Source: a plasmid
Length of the DNA: 64,000 nt
Reading direction: 5' to 3' (one strand)
Sequence record: NZ_CP142098.1
A model generated the notes under the pieces. It was not told where the DNA came from. It was given only the letters and a program-made list of their open reading frames with translations, and ran no database searches. A program made the position numbers and the translations under genes. Below are positions 29,520 through 39,668 of this stretch, piece after piece (within the stretch, counting starts at the first letter, position 1; the number at the start of each line of letters is the position of its first letter).

Positions 29520-29863
29520 TGTCGCTGCCGGCGGGCAGTCGCATCTGGATCGTGGCCGGCATCACCGACATGCGTAACGGTTTTAACGGGCTGGCTTCAC
29601 GGGTTCAAAATACTCTGCGTGACAATCCCTTCTCGGGCCAGGCCTTCATCTTCCGAGGGCGCCGCGGCGATATGATTAAAGTGCTGTGGGCCGACGCAGA
29701 TGGCCTGTGCCTGTTCACCAAACGCCTGGAGCGCGGTCGCTTCGTCTGGCCGGCGGCGAGAAACGGCAAAATTCATCTGACACCGGCCCAGCTGGCGATG
29801 CTGTTGGAAGGCATCAACTGGAAACACCCGCAACGGATGGAACGGCCTGGCCTGAGGATATAA
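29516..29863 (+). CDS. tnpB: IS66-family TnpB (orf2)
   Basis: …WIVAGITDMRNGFNGLASRVQ…DMIKVLWADADGLCLFTKRLERGRF… is a typical IS66 orf2. Overlaps orf1 by 4 nt. Confidence 0.85.
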   Translation: MMSLPAGSRIWIVAGITDMRNGFNGLASRVQNTLRDNPFSGQAFIFRGRRGDMIKVLWADADGLCLFTKRLERGRFVWPAARNGKIHLTPAQLAMLLEGINWKHPQRMERPGLRI

Positions 29864-29882
29864 CCTGTTGTAAGGTAGGGGT

Positions 29883-31448
29883 ATGGTTGCTTCCTACCCC
29901 GATGAAAACGCCCGACTCCGGGCGCAGCTGCTGGAGCAGCAAAACACGCTTCGACAAATGGCGGAGTACAATCGCCTGCTCTCGCAACGGGTGGCGGCGT
30001 ATGCCAGCGAAATCAACCGGCTGAAAGTCCTGGTTGCCAAACTGCAACGCATGCAGTTCGGCAAGAGCTCCGAAAAGCTGCGGGAAAAAACGCAGCGCCA
30101 GCTACGCGAAGCGGAAGAACACATCAACGCCCTGCAGGAAGAGCTGGCTGAGACGCTGGGCGAACAGCATGATCCGGCGTTGCCGCAGCCGTTACGGCAG
30201 TCCTCTGCTCGCAAGCCCTTGCCAGCTAGCATACCGCGCGAAACACGCGTGCTCCCTCCGCAAGAAAGTACCTGCCCGGCGTGTGGCGGCGGCCTCAGCC
30301 TGCTCGGGTGCGATATCTCGGAACAACTGGAGCTCATCAGCAGCGCCTTCAAGGTCATCGAAACGCAGCGGCCAAAGCTGAGCTGTTGCCGGTGCGACAC
30401 CATCGTGCAATCGCCGATGCCCTCAAAACCTCTCGAGCGCAGCTACGCCGGTCCCGGCTTACTGGCGCGCATCGTCACGGCGAAGTTCGCCGAACACACG
30501 CCGCACTACCGCCAGTCGGAAATCTACCGTCGACAGGGTGTGGAGCTGAGTCGGGCCACGCTCGGGCGCTGGTCTGGCGCGGTGAGTGAACTGCTGGAGC
30601 CGCTGTATGAGCTGTTGCGGGAGTATGTGCTGATGCCGGGCAAGGTGCATACCGACGACATCCCGGTGCCGGTCCAGGCGCCGGGGAGTGGCAAGACCCG
30701 CACCGGCCGTCTGTGGGTATACGTGCGTGATGATCGCAACGCGGGCTCGGTGATGCCGCCGGCGGTGTGGTTCGCGTACTCACCGGACCGCAAGGGCATC
30801 CATCCGCAGCAGCACCTGGCCGGGTACAGCGGTATCCTGCAGGCCGATGCGTATGGGGGCTACAACGCACTGTATGAGAACGGGCGCATCACGGAAGCCG
30901 CCTGCATGGCGCATGCGCGGCGAAAAATCCACGATGTTCATGTCCGCACACCGACCGACATCACCACGGAAGCGCTGAGACGCATCGGTGAGCTGTACGC
31001 CATCGAAGCCGAGATACGCGGCAGCCCTGCGGAGAAGCGGCTGTCGGTCAGAAAAGCGAAGACGGTGCCGCGGATGCAATCGCTGTACGACTGGATCCAG
31101 ATACAGATGAAAACGCTGTCACGCCACGCGGAGATGGCGAAGGCGTTCGCTTATCTGCTGAAACAGTGGAATGCGTTGACTCTCTACTGCGAGAAAGGCT
31201 GGGCGGAAATCGACAACAATATCGCAGAGAACGCCCTGCGCGGTGTCGCGCTGGGGCGAAAAAACTGGTTGTTCGCCGGGTCAGATGCAGGCGGAGAACG
31301 TGCTGCGATACTGTACTCGCTGATCGGCACGTGCAAACTCAACGGCGTGGAGCCGGAAGCGTGGCTGCGCTACGTCATCGGACATATCCAGGACTGGCCG
31401 GTAAACCGAGTCCGCGATCTGCTGCCATGGAAGGTCGATATCATTTAA
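29883..31448 (+). CDS. tnpC: IS66-family transposase (orf3/TnpC)
   Basis: 521 aa with a leucine zipper, a CxxC…CxxC zinc-finger region and a DDE core typical of IS66 transposases. Confidence 0.9.
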   Translation: MVASYPDENARLRAQLLEQQNTLRQMAEYNRLLSQRVAAYASEINRLKVLVAKLQRMQFGKSSEKLREKTQRQLREAEEHINALQEELAETLGEQHDPALPQPLRQSSARKPLPASIPRETRVLPPQESTCPACGGGLSLLGCDISEQLELISSAFKVIETQRPKLSCCRCDTIVQSPMPSKPLERSYAGPGLLARIVTAKFAEHTPHYRQSEIYRRQGVELSRATLGRWSGAVSELLEPLYELLREYVLMPGKVHTDDIPVPVQAPGSGKTRTGRLWVYVRDDRNAGSVMPPAVWFAYSPDRKGIHPQQHLAGYSGILQADAYGGYNALYENGRITEAACMAHARRKIHDVHVRTPTDITTEALRRIGELYAIEAEIRGSPAEKRLSVRKAKTVPRMQSLYDWIQIQMKTLSRHAEMAKAFAYLLKQWNALTLYCEKGWAEIDNNIAENALRGVALGRKNWLFAGSDAGGERAAILYSLIGTCKLNGVEPEAWLRYVIGHIQDWPVNRVRDLLPWKVDII

Positions 31449-31663
31449 TATTGAGCGCCTGTACGACCTGTATGTAGCTCTTATAAAAATAACATCACTA
31501 ATTAAATTATAAAGTTGGTGTTATTGCATAAGTTTAGATATATCACGTCCTGTGAGCCCTCTCACAAACGTAACCTTTATACAAGGAGTACGACGCCGTC
31601 GTAATCTTACTTCGTCAATTACTGGCTCATTTAAACGGGCTCAACTTACGAAGAGAGGTTCCA

Positions 31664-32602
31664 ATGTCATATCCACAAACGAAACTATCTGGTCTGACTG
31701 GTTTTGCTAAAGCGGCCAACGTTACAGGGGGGTGGTCAGGTTCAGTGGTGAGTATTACCACGCTAGATCAACTTAAAGAAAATATCGCTGACAACACACC
31801 GCGAGTCTTGGTGATCGACAGAAACATTTCCGCACCAACCCTCACAAAAGTTCCGTTAGGCGCCAACAAAACCCTGGTTGGCTCCTTTCAAAGTCGTACG
31901 CTGAATAACATTCATCTGCGTGCCACGGCGAGCTCGCAAAATATCATATTTCAGAACTTGGTATTTCAGCACTCACAAAGCATCAAGGATAATGATGATA
32001 TTCAATTATACCTGAACTACGGTAGTAAGTATTGGGTCGACCATTGTTCGTTTGTGGGGCATAGTTGGTCATCAAATGATGGAAGTCTGGATAAGCTTCT
32101 ATATGTTGGTGATAAAGCGGATTATGCAACCATTAGTAACTGCTTGTTTTCAAACCACAAATACGGTCTAATCCTCGGCCATCCGGCGGACGACAATAAC
32201 ACCGCCTATAACGGCTTCCCTCACCTGACACTATGCCACAACCATTTCGAAAACATGGAGGTCCGTGCACCTGGCCTGATGCGTTACGGTTATTTTCACG
32301 TTTATAACAACTATATTAACCATTTCCACCTTGGTTTTACGCTGGCGCAAAACGCCAATATCCTTTCCGAGAACAACTATTTTGGTGCGGGTAGCGAGAA
32401 CAACGGCATGTTGGATGACAAAGCCAACGGTACTTTTACTGATACAGGCAGCGTTCCCGCCATCACAAATCAGAAATCGCCAAAAGCGAATTGGACAGCG
32501 TCGTCCAATTACAGCTACACCCTTAAAACCGCCGTGCAGGCGAAAGCCTTTGCCACCACTAACGCCGGAGCACAGTCTGCTTCGCTGGTATTTGGAGGAT
32601 AA
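31664..32602 (+). CDS. Pectate lyase, PL1 (PelC-like) family; passenger gene inside the IS66 element
   Basis: YWVDHCSF (vWiDH motif) and VRAPGLMRYGYFHVYNNY (R-x-P-x2-R-x-G-x2-H-x2-NN pectate-lyase signature). Low GC. No obvious Sec signal peptide. Confidence 0.75.
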   Translation: MSYPQTKLSGLTGFAKAANVTGGWSGSVVSITTLDQLKENIADNTPRVLVIDRNISAPTLTKVPLGANKTLVGSFQSRTLNNIHLRATASSQNIIFQNLVFQHSQSIKDNDDIQLYLNYGSKYWVDHCSFVGHSWSSNDGSLDKLLYVGDKADYATISNCLFSNHKYGLILGHPADDNNTAYNGFPHLTLCHNHFENMEVRAPGLMRYGYFHVYNNYINHFHLGFTLAQNANILSENNYFGAGSENNGMLDDKANGTFTDTGSVPAITNQKSPKANWTASSNYSYTLKTAVQAKAFATTNAGAQSASLVFGG

Positions 32603-32704
32603 TCAGGTAGTGACGTAAATTTATAAAAAAGGTTCCGGAGGGGGATTTGTCTCCTCTCCGGAGCATTATAGTAAGCATCAATACGGTCTGCATGTGACGC
32701 TTAC

Positions 32705-32879
32705 TCTTGGGGTTTCGCTTCGGACCGTCAAGAACTATGAGCAAGGGGTTTTGCCGCGTCGACTGATGTTGGCCGCACAGGCTGTTACGCTGATAACGTT
32801 GTTGCCGGTCTGGGCAACCTATCCGTCAGCCAGGTTACTGCAGGTTCTGGAGCAACTGGTTAATATTGAAGTGAAATAA
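32705..32879 (+). pseudogene. 3' part of the IS-interrupted tandem-HTH regulator gene
   Basis: …(G)VSLRTVKNYEQGVLPRRLMLAAQAV… continues the HTH begun at 28760-28801 across the inserted element. Confidence 0.7.
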
Positions 32880-33034
32880 CACACTGTTTATGGTGGCCAA
32901 TTCTGGCCACTCAAAGGATCCCCGGCCTTGCCGGGGCCCCATCTCTGACTTCAACTTCTGCGATTTGCATTTTTTCCGCCCTGCGGGCGGGGATCTAAAT
33001 GGTATGTCGTCGCCTGGGCTTACGCCGTAGCCCG

Positions 33035-33215
33035 AACGTAGCCGTGCCGCTGCGCCTGCAAGGGTACGCGTTGCCCATATCCTCACCCGTTCGCACTCAC
33101 TCTCTCCCTGCTGTCGTTCGCTCGCTTGCGCATGCGGCTTGCGGTATGGCCCCTGCATTCTCCGCTTTCCGCACGTCTGTGTTTTGGCTACGGCGCAAGC
33201 CGATATCCGACAACC
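33035..33215. promoter_or_regulatory. Leading-region repeat copy B (variant of module M3)
   Basis: …agggtacgcgttgccc…cctcacccgttcgcactc…cgcttgcgcatgcggc… as in the other copies. Confidence 0.5.
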
Positions 33216-33231
33216 TGACTGGAGAAGAATT

Positions 33232-33636
33232 ATGCCGAATTGGTGTGCAAACCGCCTTATCGTGACTGGGACGCCTGATCAACTTACCGCTTTGGCCGAA
33301 TTTTCACATTGCGAAGGAAGTGACAGTTTTTTCAGCGATGTTGATGTTGCATTAGTGGAGTTCGACGGTGAAATACAGCTGGATTTTCATACCCGGTGGG
33401 CTCCCCCTGAAGGTTCCGAGATCCGCAGTCTGAGTAAGCGTTTCTCCTGCCATATTTGCCACACGTTTTGCGAGGAGGGGGAGGGTTTTTGCGGGTATCA
33501 CGTCTATTCAAGTGGCGAATATATAGATAGTGCCAGTGACGATATTGAATGGTCAGACGATCTGGACGAATACGGATATGCCGAGGTTGTAGGCCCGGAG
33601 TATGTCTTGGGGAATGTACCAGATTACGGTGGTTAA
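33232..33636 (+). CDS. Hypothetical acidic leading-region protein (134 aa, Cys/His-rich centre)
   Basis: ATG with a GGAG ribosome-binding site directly downstream of repeat copy B. Confidence 0.45.
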   Translation: MPNWCANRLIVTGTPDQLTALAEFSHCEGSDSFFSDVDVALVEFDGEIQLDFHTRWAPPEGSEIRSLSKRFSCHICHTFCEEGEGFCGYHVYSSGEYIDSASDDIEWSDDLDEYGYAEVVGPEYVLGNVPDYGG

Positions 33637-33690
33637 CGATTTTCTCGCGCTCCTGACAGGGCGCTTAACTGAATAATACGGAATATTAGG

Positions 33691-33927
33691 ATGCTTGCAA
33701 AAATGACTATCGCAGGGCTTATTGCCCGGCTAAACCGTTATCCCAATGACGCGCTGTGCGTGGCCAGTTTTTGGCTGGATGATGATTTTCTCGCGTTGGA
33801 TGCAACGTTGACGGCTGACGATATTGAGCTGGCGATGGAGGTTGTCCATGACAATCATGATGCCAATATTGGCATCAACTGGGACGTGCTGCAGAACGCG
33901 ATTGATATTGTAAAAGTTCAAGAGTGA
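33691..33927 (+). CDS. Hypothetical small protein (78 aa)
   Basis: ORF only. Confidence 0.3.
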   Translation: MLAKMTIAGLIARLNRYPNDALCVASFWLDDDFLALDATLTADDIELAMEVVHDNHDANIGINWDVLQNAIDIVKVQE

Positions 33928-34054
33928 TAGCTTGCAGCCGGTCTATGACCGGCGCCGCATCCACTGGCCGCCATGGGCGGCCGTTAAGGAAAACCGTTAC
34001 AACGGCTTCATGGCGCACTTTTCCTGGCATCTTGTGCCGCGGCGTTCACTTATG

Positions 34055-34215
34055 CTGTGACGGACGCTGCCCCGTTCCGGTACGACAACAAGGGAAAGCT
34101 GGCGCCCGCTGTCCTCACCCGTTCGCACTCCCTGCGGTCGTTTGCGCTGCGGCTTCCGACATCGCCCTTGCTGTCGTCCCCAATGGAACGTGGCGGTCTG
34201 GTGTCACAGCAACGT
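34055..34215. promoter_or_regulatory. Leading-region repeat copy C (variant)
   Basis: …gtgacggacgctgccccgttccgg…cctcacccgttcgcactccctgcggtcgtttgcgctgcggc…. Confidence 0.5.
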
Positions 34216-34276
34216 GCTCCCCGCTCTGTGCAAGAGCGAGAAAAAGTGCACCATAAGTGAAGCCGGAGAATGAAGT

Positions 34277-34780
34277 ATGAATACTGCAGTAAACGCCACC
34301 CAGCCAGCAACAGAAGTGAGCAGAATTGAAATTACCGATCCGCGTCGCCGTTTAGCTTTTGTACCTCAATTATTCGCCACGCCGGTAGGTGAACGCTTGG
34401 CCATCAACTTTTTAAGCAGACACAGCAATTACGATGGGGGAATGTGGAATTTTTATGAGGTTCCAGTAGGGCTCACCGGCCGAGTCGGGCCATGGGCTGA
34501 CATGATTATTAACCACCCAACCGGTTACATCGCGCCAGCGGATGGGGTTTATCGTTTAACTATTCCGGGTAATTACTTCGATGCTGATGTTTCGGCGGAT
34601 GCTGCAGGGATCATCGCAACGCTTTTTGTTTTGAATCACCTTTCCTGGAAAGCTTCAGAACTGGGGAAAGATTATGCGCTGACCTGTCAACGATTAATCG
34701 AGCGCCAAGATGCGCTTAAAGATTACATCAGTATCATTCAACACCCTGAAAAGTCGCTGATATTCCAAGCCATCGATTAA
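34277..34780 (+). CDS. ArdB/KlcA-family antirestriction-like protein
   Basis: Conserved blocks RRLAFVPQLF…DGGMWNFYEV…AAGIIATLFVLNHLSW…IFQAID match my recollection of the KlcA/ArdB (PF03230) pattern. Confidence 0.5.
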   Translation: MNTAVNATQPATEVSRIEITDPRRRLAFVPQLFATPVGERLAINFLSRHSNYDGGMWNFYEVPVGLTGRVGPWADMIINHPTGYIAPADGVYRLTIPGNYFDADVSADAAGIIATLFVLNHLSWKASELGKDYALTCQRLIERQDALKDYISIIQHPEKSLIFQAID

Positions 34781-34849
34781 TAATTTATCCGGGCGAGTAG
34801 CCCGGATATCTCCTCCACGTGTGATGTATCGACGTTGCGCGCGTTTGGT

Positions 34850-35250
34850 TTTTAGCGACGTTGAGTCGCTAAAAACCAACGATCGGTCGCTTGCAGCCGG
34901 CTTCGCCGGCGCCGCTTTCACTGCCCGCCCGCTAATGCGGCCGTTCGCTAAGGCAGCCAGGCTAAAGGCCTGGCACTTTCTGGTGTATCCCCTCATGCCC
35001 GGCATCCGCGCAGAGAGACTGTCCCCGTGACAGACGCTGAGCCGGGGCGCCGCCGGCACAAGGGTACGCGTTGCCGGCGTCCTCACCCGTTCGCACTCCC
35101 TTCCTCCCTGCGGTCGTCCGTTCGTTTGCGCTGCGGCCTGCGGCGCCGCCCTTGTACCGTCAGCTGGTACCCCGTCTCGGTCTTGTTGTCACGGCGCCAG
35201 GCTCCCCGCGCCGGTGAAAGCCAAAAGGGGAATACACCAGAAAGAAGCCG
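34850..35250. promoter_or_regulatory. Leading-region modular repeat copy D (M2+M3)
   Basis: Near-identical to copies A and F. Confidence 0.55.
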
Positions 35251-35298
35251 GATTGGCCTACCGCTGGATGAAATTCATTACTGATGGAGGAGTTAACC

Positions 35299-37347
35299 AT
35301 GCCAAAGACCATAACTAAACCAAAAGCTAACAAAGCAGAGCCGAAGAAAAACGCGGCGGCGAAGTTTGTCGAAGCCGCGCTGGCCAAGGCCGAGCGTAAA
35401 AATCTCATGCTCAAAGAGCTGACTTTTTCGGATCAGAACGCGCGTATTACCCCTCGCTCTGAGGAAGATATTGAGGAGATGGCAACCAGCATCGAGGCCA
35501 CGGGTCTGTTGCAGAATCTCGTCGTTCACCGCATGGCGGATGGCCGATACGGTGTGGACGCCGGTGAGACCCGCCGTCTTGGGATGGATTTGTTGATGGT
35601 GCAAGGGCGTTCAGCTGCTGGCGTCCCGGTAACGCCGGAGTTTATCGTTCCTGTTTTAGTCGTCGATCAACAGGACGCCTATGCGATTTCTGTCGCGGAG
35701 AACGTGCGCCGCACCAACCTGCAACCTGCCGATCAGCTCGAAAATATCCGTTTGTTGGCGATGAAAGGAACGCCCCCTGAGCAAATCGGCGCCATCCTCG
35801 GCTTCAGTACCCTGCATGTTAAAAAATGCCTTAAGTTGACAACCGTAGCCCCTGCGCTGCTGGAGCTGCTGAAAAAGAATCAAATCAATTTTGACCAGCT
35901 GGCGGCGTTGGGCGCGACGGATGATCACCAGCGCCAGCTTCAGGCATGGGAAAAGAGCAGCTATTACGCGAACCTCCGCAAACCGAAGGCGTTACGCGAA
36001 GCTGTGTTGAACGATGAAGTGTCGGCGGCAGACAGCCATATCGTTGAATTTGTCGGACTGGAAGCCTATCAGGCTGCAGGGGGGGAAACTCGAGAAGATC
36101 TGTTTGCTGAAAGCGTCATCCTGACAAATCCGCTGATGCTGGAGACGTTGGCTATGGCCAAGCTGCAGGCTGCGGCAGATGAAGTGGCGAAAAATGAAGG
36201 GTGGGCATGGGCGGTTGGCCGCAGTCGAGAGGTGCGGAGTTATAACGGAGACGAAAAGACCTTCGAGATCCTTTTTGTTCAGGCGAAATTGAGCGACGAA
36301 TTGCAGACAGAGATGGATCAGCTGCTCACCGAGCAAGAACTGCTGGATGACATGTTTGATACTGCTGGACTCGATGCAGACGAAGAATGGGAACATGCGC
36401 CGCGCGTTGAGCAAATTGAGGCGCGCATCAACGAGATCAACGACGCCGCCGAGATCAATAAGTGGTCGCCGGAAGTTCGTGCGACGGCGGGCGTAGTCGC
36501 TTACCTGAAAGATGGCCAGATCCAAATCCAACGCGGCTTGATGAAAGTGGAAGACATCAAGCAACAAGAAAAAGCCAACCGCGAAGAAATCAAGAAGAAC
36601 ACCCCACCGTCAGAAAAAGGGCTTTCCCAAGTATTGGTGGCAAGTTTGTCCGCCGAACGTACTTTGGCAGTATCTGCGGCGCTGGCGCAGAACACCAACG
36701 TCGCGATTGCACTCCATACGTTCACGCTGGCACGGCGGGTGTTCGACGCGGGATATTTCTATGTGTTGCACACCTCTGTAGAAAGCATGCGCAGCGGCTG
36801 CTTATCCCAGTCAGAAGAGGCTGGCAGCGTGAATGGTATCGCTAACCTGAAACTTAACGAGATGCATGAGAGCTGGTTGAACCAATTTCCTGAAAATTGG
36901 AGCGAAAGCTTTGAGTGGCTGCTGGCGTGGCCACAGGGTGATGTTCTCCGGTTGTTGGCATACTGCGTTTCCCACGGCCTCGATGGCCGAGACAGTTATC
37001 TCAAGGATAAGCGGGTTGGCACCAAGCTGGATTCGGTAGAAAAAGCCCTCGATTTCCAGATCGGGGAATGGTGGAAGCCGACGAGTGACAACTATTTTTC
37101 GCGGATTGGCAAAGACCAGATCGTTGATGCTCTCAATAGCGCCGGTGAAACCGGGAAGGCCAAAGATGCCGAGGGCATGAAACGTAAAGATGCCGCTGAG
37201 TTCGCCGCGGCGGTGCTGAGCGAAACCGGTTGGTTGCCGAGCTGCATGGCACCGCAGCCGCAGGCCGATACGGAAAACCGGGCTAATGCTACGGCCAGTT
37301 CTACAAACGCCAATGATACTGACGCTGACGACAGCGCTGCCGCCTAA
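35299..37347 (+). CDS. ParB/Srx N-terminal nuclease-domain protein (large leading-region ParB-like protein)
   Basis: N-terminal …LTFSDQNARITPRSEEDIEEMATSIEATGLLQNLVVH… is a ParB-N/Srx fold motif. 683 aa. ATG with a GGAGG ribosome-binding site. Confidence 0.75.
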   Translation: MPKTITKPKANKAEPKKNAAAKFVEAALAKAERKNLMLKELTFSDQNARITPRSEEDIEEMATSIEATGLLQNLVVHRMADGRYGVDAGETRRLGMDLLMVQGRSAAGVPVTPEFIVPVLVVDQQDAYAISVAENVRRTNLQPADQLENIRLLAMKGTPPEQIGAILGFSTLHVKKCLKLTTVAPALLELLKKNQINFDQLAALGATDDHQRQLQAWEKSSYYANLRKPKALREAVLNDEVSAADSHIVEFVGLEAYQAAGGETREDLFAESVILTNPLMLETLAMAKLQAAADEVAKNEGWAWAVGRSREVRSYNGDEKTFEILFVQAKLSDELQTEMDQLLTEQELLDDMFDTAGLDADEEWEHAPRVEQIEARINEINDAAEINKWSPEVRATAGVVAYLKDGQIQIQRGLMKVEDIKQQEKANREEIKKNTPPSEKGLSQVLVASLSAERTLAVSAALAQNTNVAIALHTFTLARRVFDAGYFYVLHTSVESMRSGCLSQSEEAGSVNGIANLKLNEMHESWLNQFPENWSESFEWLLAWPQGDVLRLLAYCVSHGLDGRDSYLKDKRVGTKLDSVEKALDFQIGEWWKPTSDNYFSRIGKDQIVDALNSAGETGKAKDAEGMKRKDAAEFAAAVLSETGWLPSCMAPQPQADTENRANATASSTNANDTDADDSAAA

Positions 37348-37389
37348 CTGACAAAGGAGCTGCCGCCCTCGGGCGGCAGAACAAACATT

Positions 37390-37854
37390 ATGAAAAACCA
37401 AAAATTAAGCCTTGCGCAGTTAGCCGTAATGAGTGCCTTTGAGCTGGAGCAGTATCGTGACCGGGGCAGGGAGGCGCGTCGTCAGTTGAACAACGTTGTT
37501 CTCGGCCAACTGGCGCTGCCGGATGGGTGGAACGCCATTGCGGAAGAGGCCAGCGAGTTTTGCGGGCAGGTGCCTGTTGTTTGTCGTATCAGTCCAACAG
37601 GGGATGACAATCTGGCCATTTACCTGTGCAGTGCTGGGAGTGAAGTGCCGGAATGGTCAGCCTTTCTACCATTCCAGGAATCAACAAATCAGGCTGACCA
37701 GGGAAATCGTGTCGCCTGGTTACATACTGCGGAGAATTTTGACCCGGAGACGGTCAACAAGGTGTTGGAGACTGTCGGTGATTACTACCGGCACGGGTTT
37801 AACCAGTCAGCGCAGCTGGCCGCCGCTCTACGGATGGGAGGGCTGTGCGTATGA
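37390..37854 (+). CDS. psiB: Plasmid SOS-inhibition protein PsiB
   Basis: Collinear with F PsiB (…LALPDGW…SEFCGQVPVVCRISP…LCSAGSEV…). Confidence 0.7.
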   Translation: MKNQKLSLAQLAVMSAFELEQYRDRGREARRQLNNVVLGQLALPDGWNAIAEEASEFCGQVPVVCRISPTGDDNLAIYLCSAGSEVPEWSAFLPFQESTNQADQGNRVAWLHTAENFDPETVNKVLETVGDYYRHGFNQSAQLAAALRMGGLCV

Positions 37855-38615
37855 TCCCGAACAGCCGCGCACTGGTGCCGATAAACGAATATCAGCATGC
37901 CGCCGTCCACGCCGTGGCATTGGTCGAGCGCAAGAAGGAGCAGGGCAAGCGGCTCGCTGAATTCCCGTATGCCAAAGCCTTTTTTAAAGTGTTGAACAAT
38001 GGGCGGGTGCAGGTTTTAGCAAACGACATTCGCCTGATTTCATCCAATTATTTTCCTAATGAACGGGGCGGTGCAAACATCGCGCATTATGTAGCGGCAT
38101 TGGACAGACTGATCGAAAGCGGTGGACAGTACAGCCCGCTGCCGCTTGCTGGGGATGTCGCTGGCAAGCTGTTCCCGGCTTACGATGTCCTTTGCCGTGA
38201 GCGCCGCGAACGGCAGTGGGATATGCAGTATGAACGACAGGAACGGCGGCGTTCTCGTGAAGAACGGCAAAAGCGCCGACGCTACCAAAACCAGTTAGCG
38301 CAGGCAGAAGTCGAGCTGGCGTTTTCAACGCCGAGCACCCTTGGGACATGGTATGCACGTTGGAGCAAGCAGGACATATTTGAAGACGATCTGGTTGAAA
38401 GCGTTCTGACATGGGTAGAAAGATTCCCCAGTATGGCAGGCAGGGGGTTGCAGCATTACAAGAGCGACGCATTGTGGAGCGTGATGGATCGATTGACGCG
38501 AGCAGATGCTGATATTTCTGAGACAGAACGACTATTTAATGCACTGCTCATTCCAAATAAGTTAAGGCTTGCTGCAGGGGAATCTGCAATAGATACTGAG
38601 TTAAATTTGTCCTAA
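37845..38615 (+). CDS. psiA: PsiA
   Basis: …SAFPYAKAFF…LPLAGDVAGKLFP…RERRERQ… is collinear with F PsiA. Overlaps the psiB stop. Confidence 0.7.
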   Translation: MRMIPNSRALVPINEYQHAAVHAVALVERKKEQGKRLAEFPYAKAFFKVLNNGRVQVLANDIRLISSNYFPNERGGANIAHYVAALDRLIESGGQYSPLPLAGDVAGKLFPAYDVLCRERRERQWDMQYERQERRRSREERQKRRRYQNQLAQAEVELAFSTPSTLGTWYARWSKQDIFEDDLVESVLTWVERFPSMAGRGLQHYKSDALWSVMDRLTRADADISETERLFNALLIPNKLRLAAGESAIDTELNLS

Positions 38616-38631
38616 GAAACAATAAACTGAG

Positions 38632-38655
38632 AAGGCGCCAAGTGGCGCCTTTTTG
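38632..38655 (+). terminator. Rho-independent terminator after psiA
   Basis: aaggcgcc-aagt-ggcgcctt stem-loop followed by a run of T. Confidence 0.7.
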
Positions 38656-38687
38656 TTATTGGTATGTCAGGCAGACCACGGATGCTG

Positions 38688-38930
38688 GAGCTTCCTCCGG
38701 TGGCAGGCCGCTCGCGACCCGCCATCAGCCCTACTCGACTAGCAGTCCGCACGCGGTCAGCAAGTCTCGCCGAACCCGCGTTGCGGTTTCGGGCCAGTAG
38801 GCTAAGGTCTGAAAGCCAAAATCAAGATCGACAACCTACGCTTGCAGCCGGCTATGCCGGCGCCGCTCCCACTGATCGCCCCTAGGGCGGCGATCGCTAA
38901 GGGCGACCCGTCGTTCCGCCGTGCCGAGGG
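38688..38930. promoter_or_regulatory. Leading-region repeat copy E (module M1 plus a divergent M2)
   Basis: gagcttcctccggtg…gggccagt(a/c)ggcta(a/t)ggtctgaaagccaa…cgcttgcagccggc… shared with 40298-40470. Confidence 0.5.
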
Positions 38931-39133
38931 TGTTCATCCTCATCAATTCCCTGTGGCCATCTCTCTGAGAGTTTTTGCGGAGGGCTATTCGTAGCGCCAT
39001 TCCGTTCAAAAAACAAGGTTCTGGCAAGCCACGCCGCAAGCGGCGCCCTTGTTTTTCTCCGGGCCTGTCGCAACTCGGCCCTACGCCGCAAAGAACTCGC
39101 TGAGATATGGAATCACAAGAGGAATAGACCAGA

Positions 39134-39574
39134 ATGAACCCCGATAACGTCAACGTCAAAACCGCCGCTGCAGAATCTGCCGAGATATGTGAAAAGGCAG
39201 GAATGTGCGAACCAGAGGCCCCAGAGCCGTGGGAAAAGCCCGGCGTGCAATATCCTGCCGCCGTTCGAGCGTTGGAAATGGAGTTTTGCTATTTAGACGA
39301 TCTGAATGACCTGTATGCGCAAAGCAGCACGTCACCCGACGAGCTGGAGCAGGCGCTCTATGTGATTTTCGGCCGGATGACTGAGCTTGTCCAAAGCTGT
39401 GGTGCTGATTATAAGCAGCCGGACAAACCGCGAGTTGCCTACGAAATGATCCAATATTGGGTCAGAGCGCAACGGGTCGCACAGCGTGACTACGGGGAGA
39501 TCGGTCAGCGCGCCTGGGAGCATGCACGTTACAGACTGGCGCAAGAGATGGCAGTGGAGTATTCGTACAACTGA
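39134..39574 (+). CDS. Hypothetical leading-region protein (146 aa)
   Basis: ORF downstream of repeat copy E. Confidence 0.45.
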   Translation: MNPDNVNVKTAAAESAEICEKAGMCEPEAPEPWEKPGVQYPAAVRALEMEFCYLDDLNDLYAQSSTSPDELEQALYVIFGRMTELVQSCGADYKQPDKPRVAYEMIQYWVRAQRVAQRDYGEIGQRAWEHARYRLAQEMAVEYSYN

Positions 39575-39596
39575 CAAGCTGGACGATTTTTATCAA

Positions 39597-39618
39597 AAAG
39601 ACCTGTTAACAGGTCTTT
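39597..39618. promoter_or_regulatory. Palindromic operator AAAGACCTGTTAACAGGTCTTT upstream of the phd/relE-like pair
   Basis: Perfect 22-bp palindrome, with a second imperfect copy at 39632-39651. Confidence 0.55.
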
Positions 39619-39668
39619 TTGGTGGTATAATAAGACCACTTAACAGGTCTTATTAAGTCGAGGATACC

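Larger units (their letters stand above)
28802..32704 (+). mobile_element. IS66-family element (3903 bp) carrying a passenger pectate lyase gene, flanked by the 8-bp target-site duplication TCTTGGGG
   Basis: Left inverted repeat gtaagcgtcacatttgaaccg at 28802. Right inverted repeat (complement) gtaagcgtcacatgcagaccg ending at 32704. Direct repeat tcttgggg at 28794-28801 and 32705-32712. Contains tnpA-, tnpB- and tnpC-like genes plus a 1.25-kb extra segment. Confidence 0.85.

Noticed and set aside
31449-31520. Expected IS66 right inverted repeat immediately after the tnpC stop (element apparently 3'-truncated)
   Set aside because: No CGCTTAC-type end was found there. The true right inverted repeat was found at 32685-32704 with a matching target-site duplication, so the element is intact and simply carries a passenger gene.
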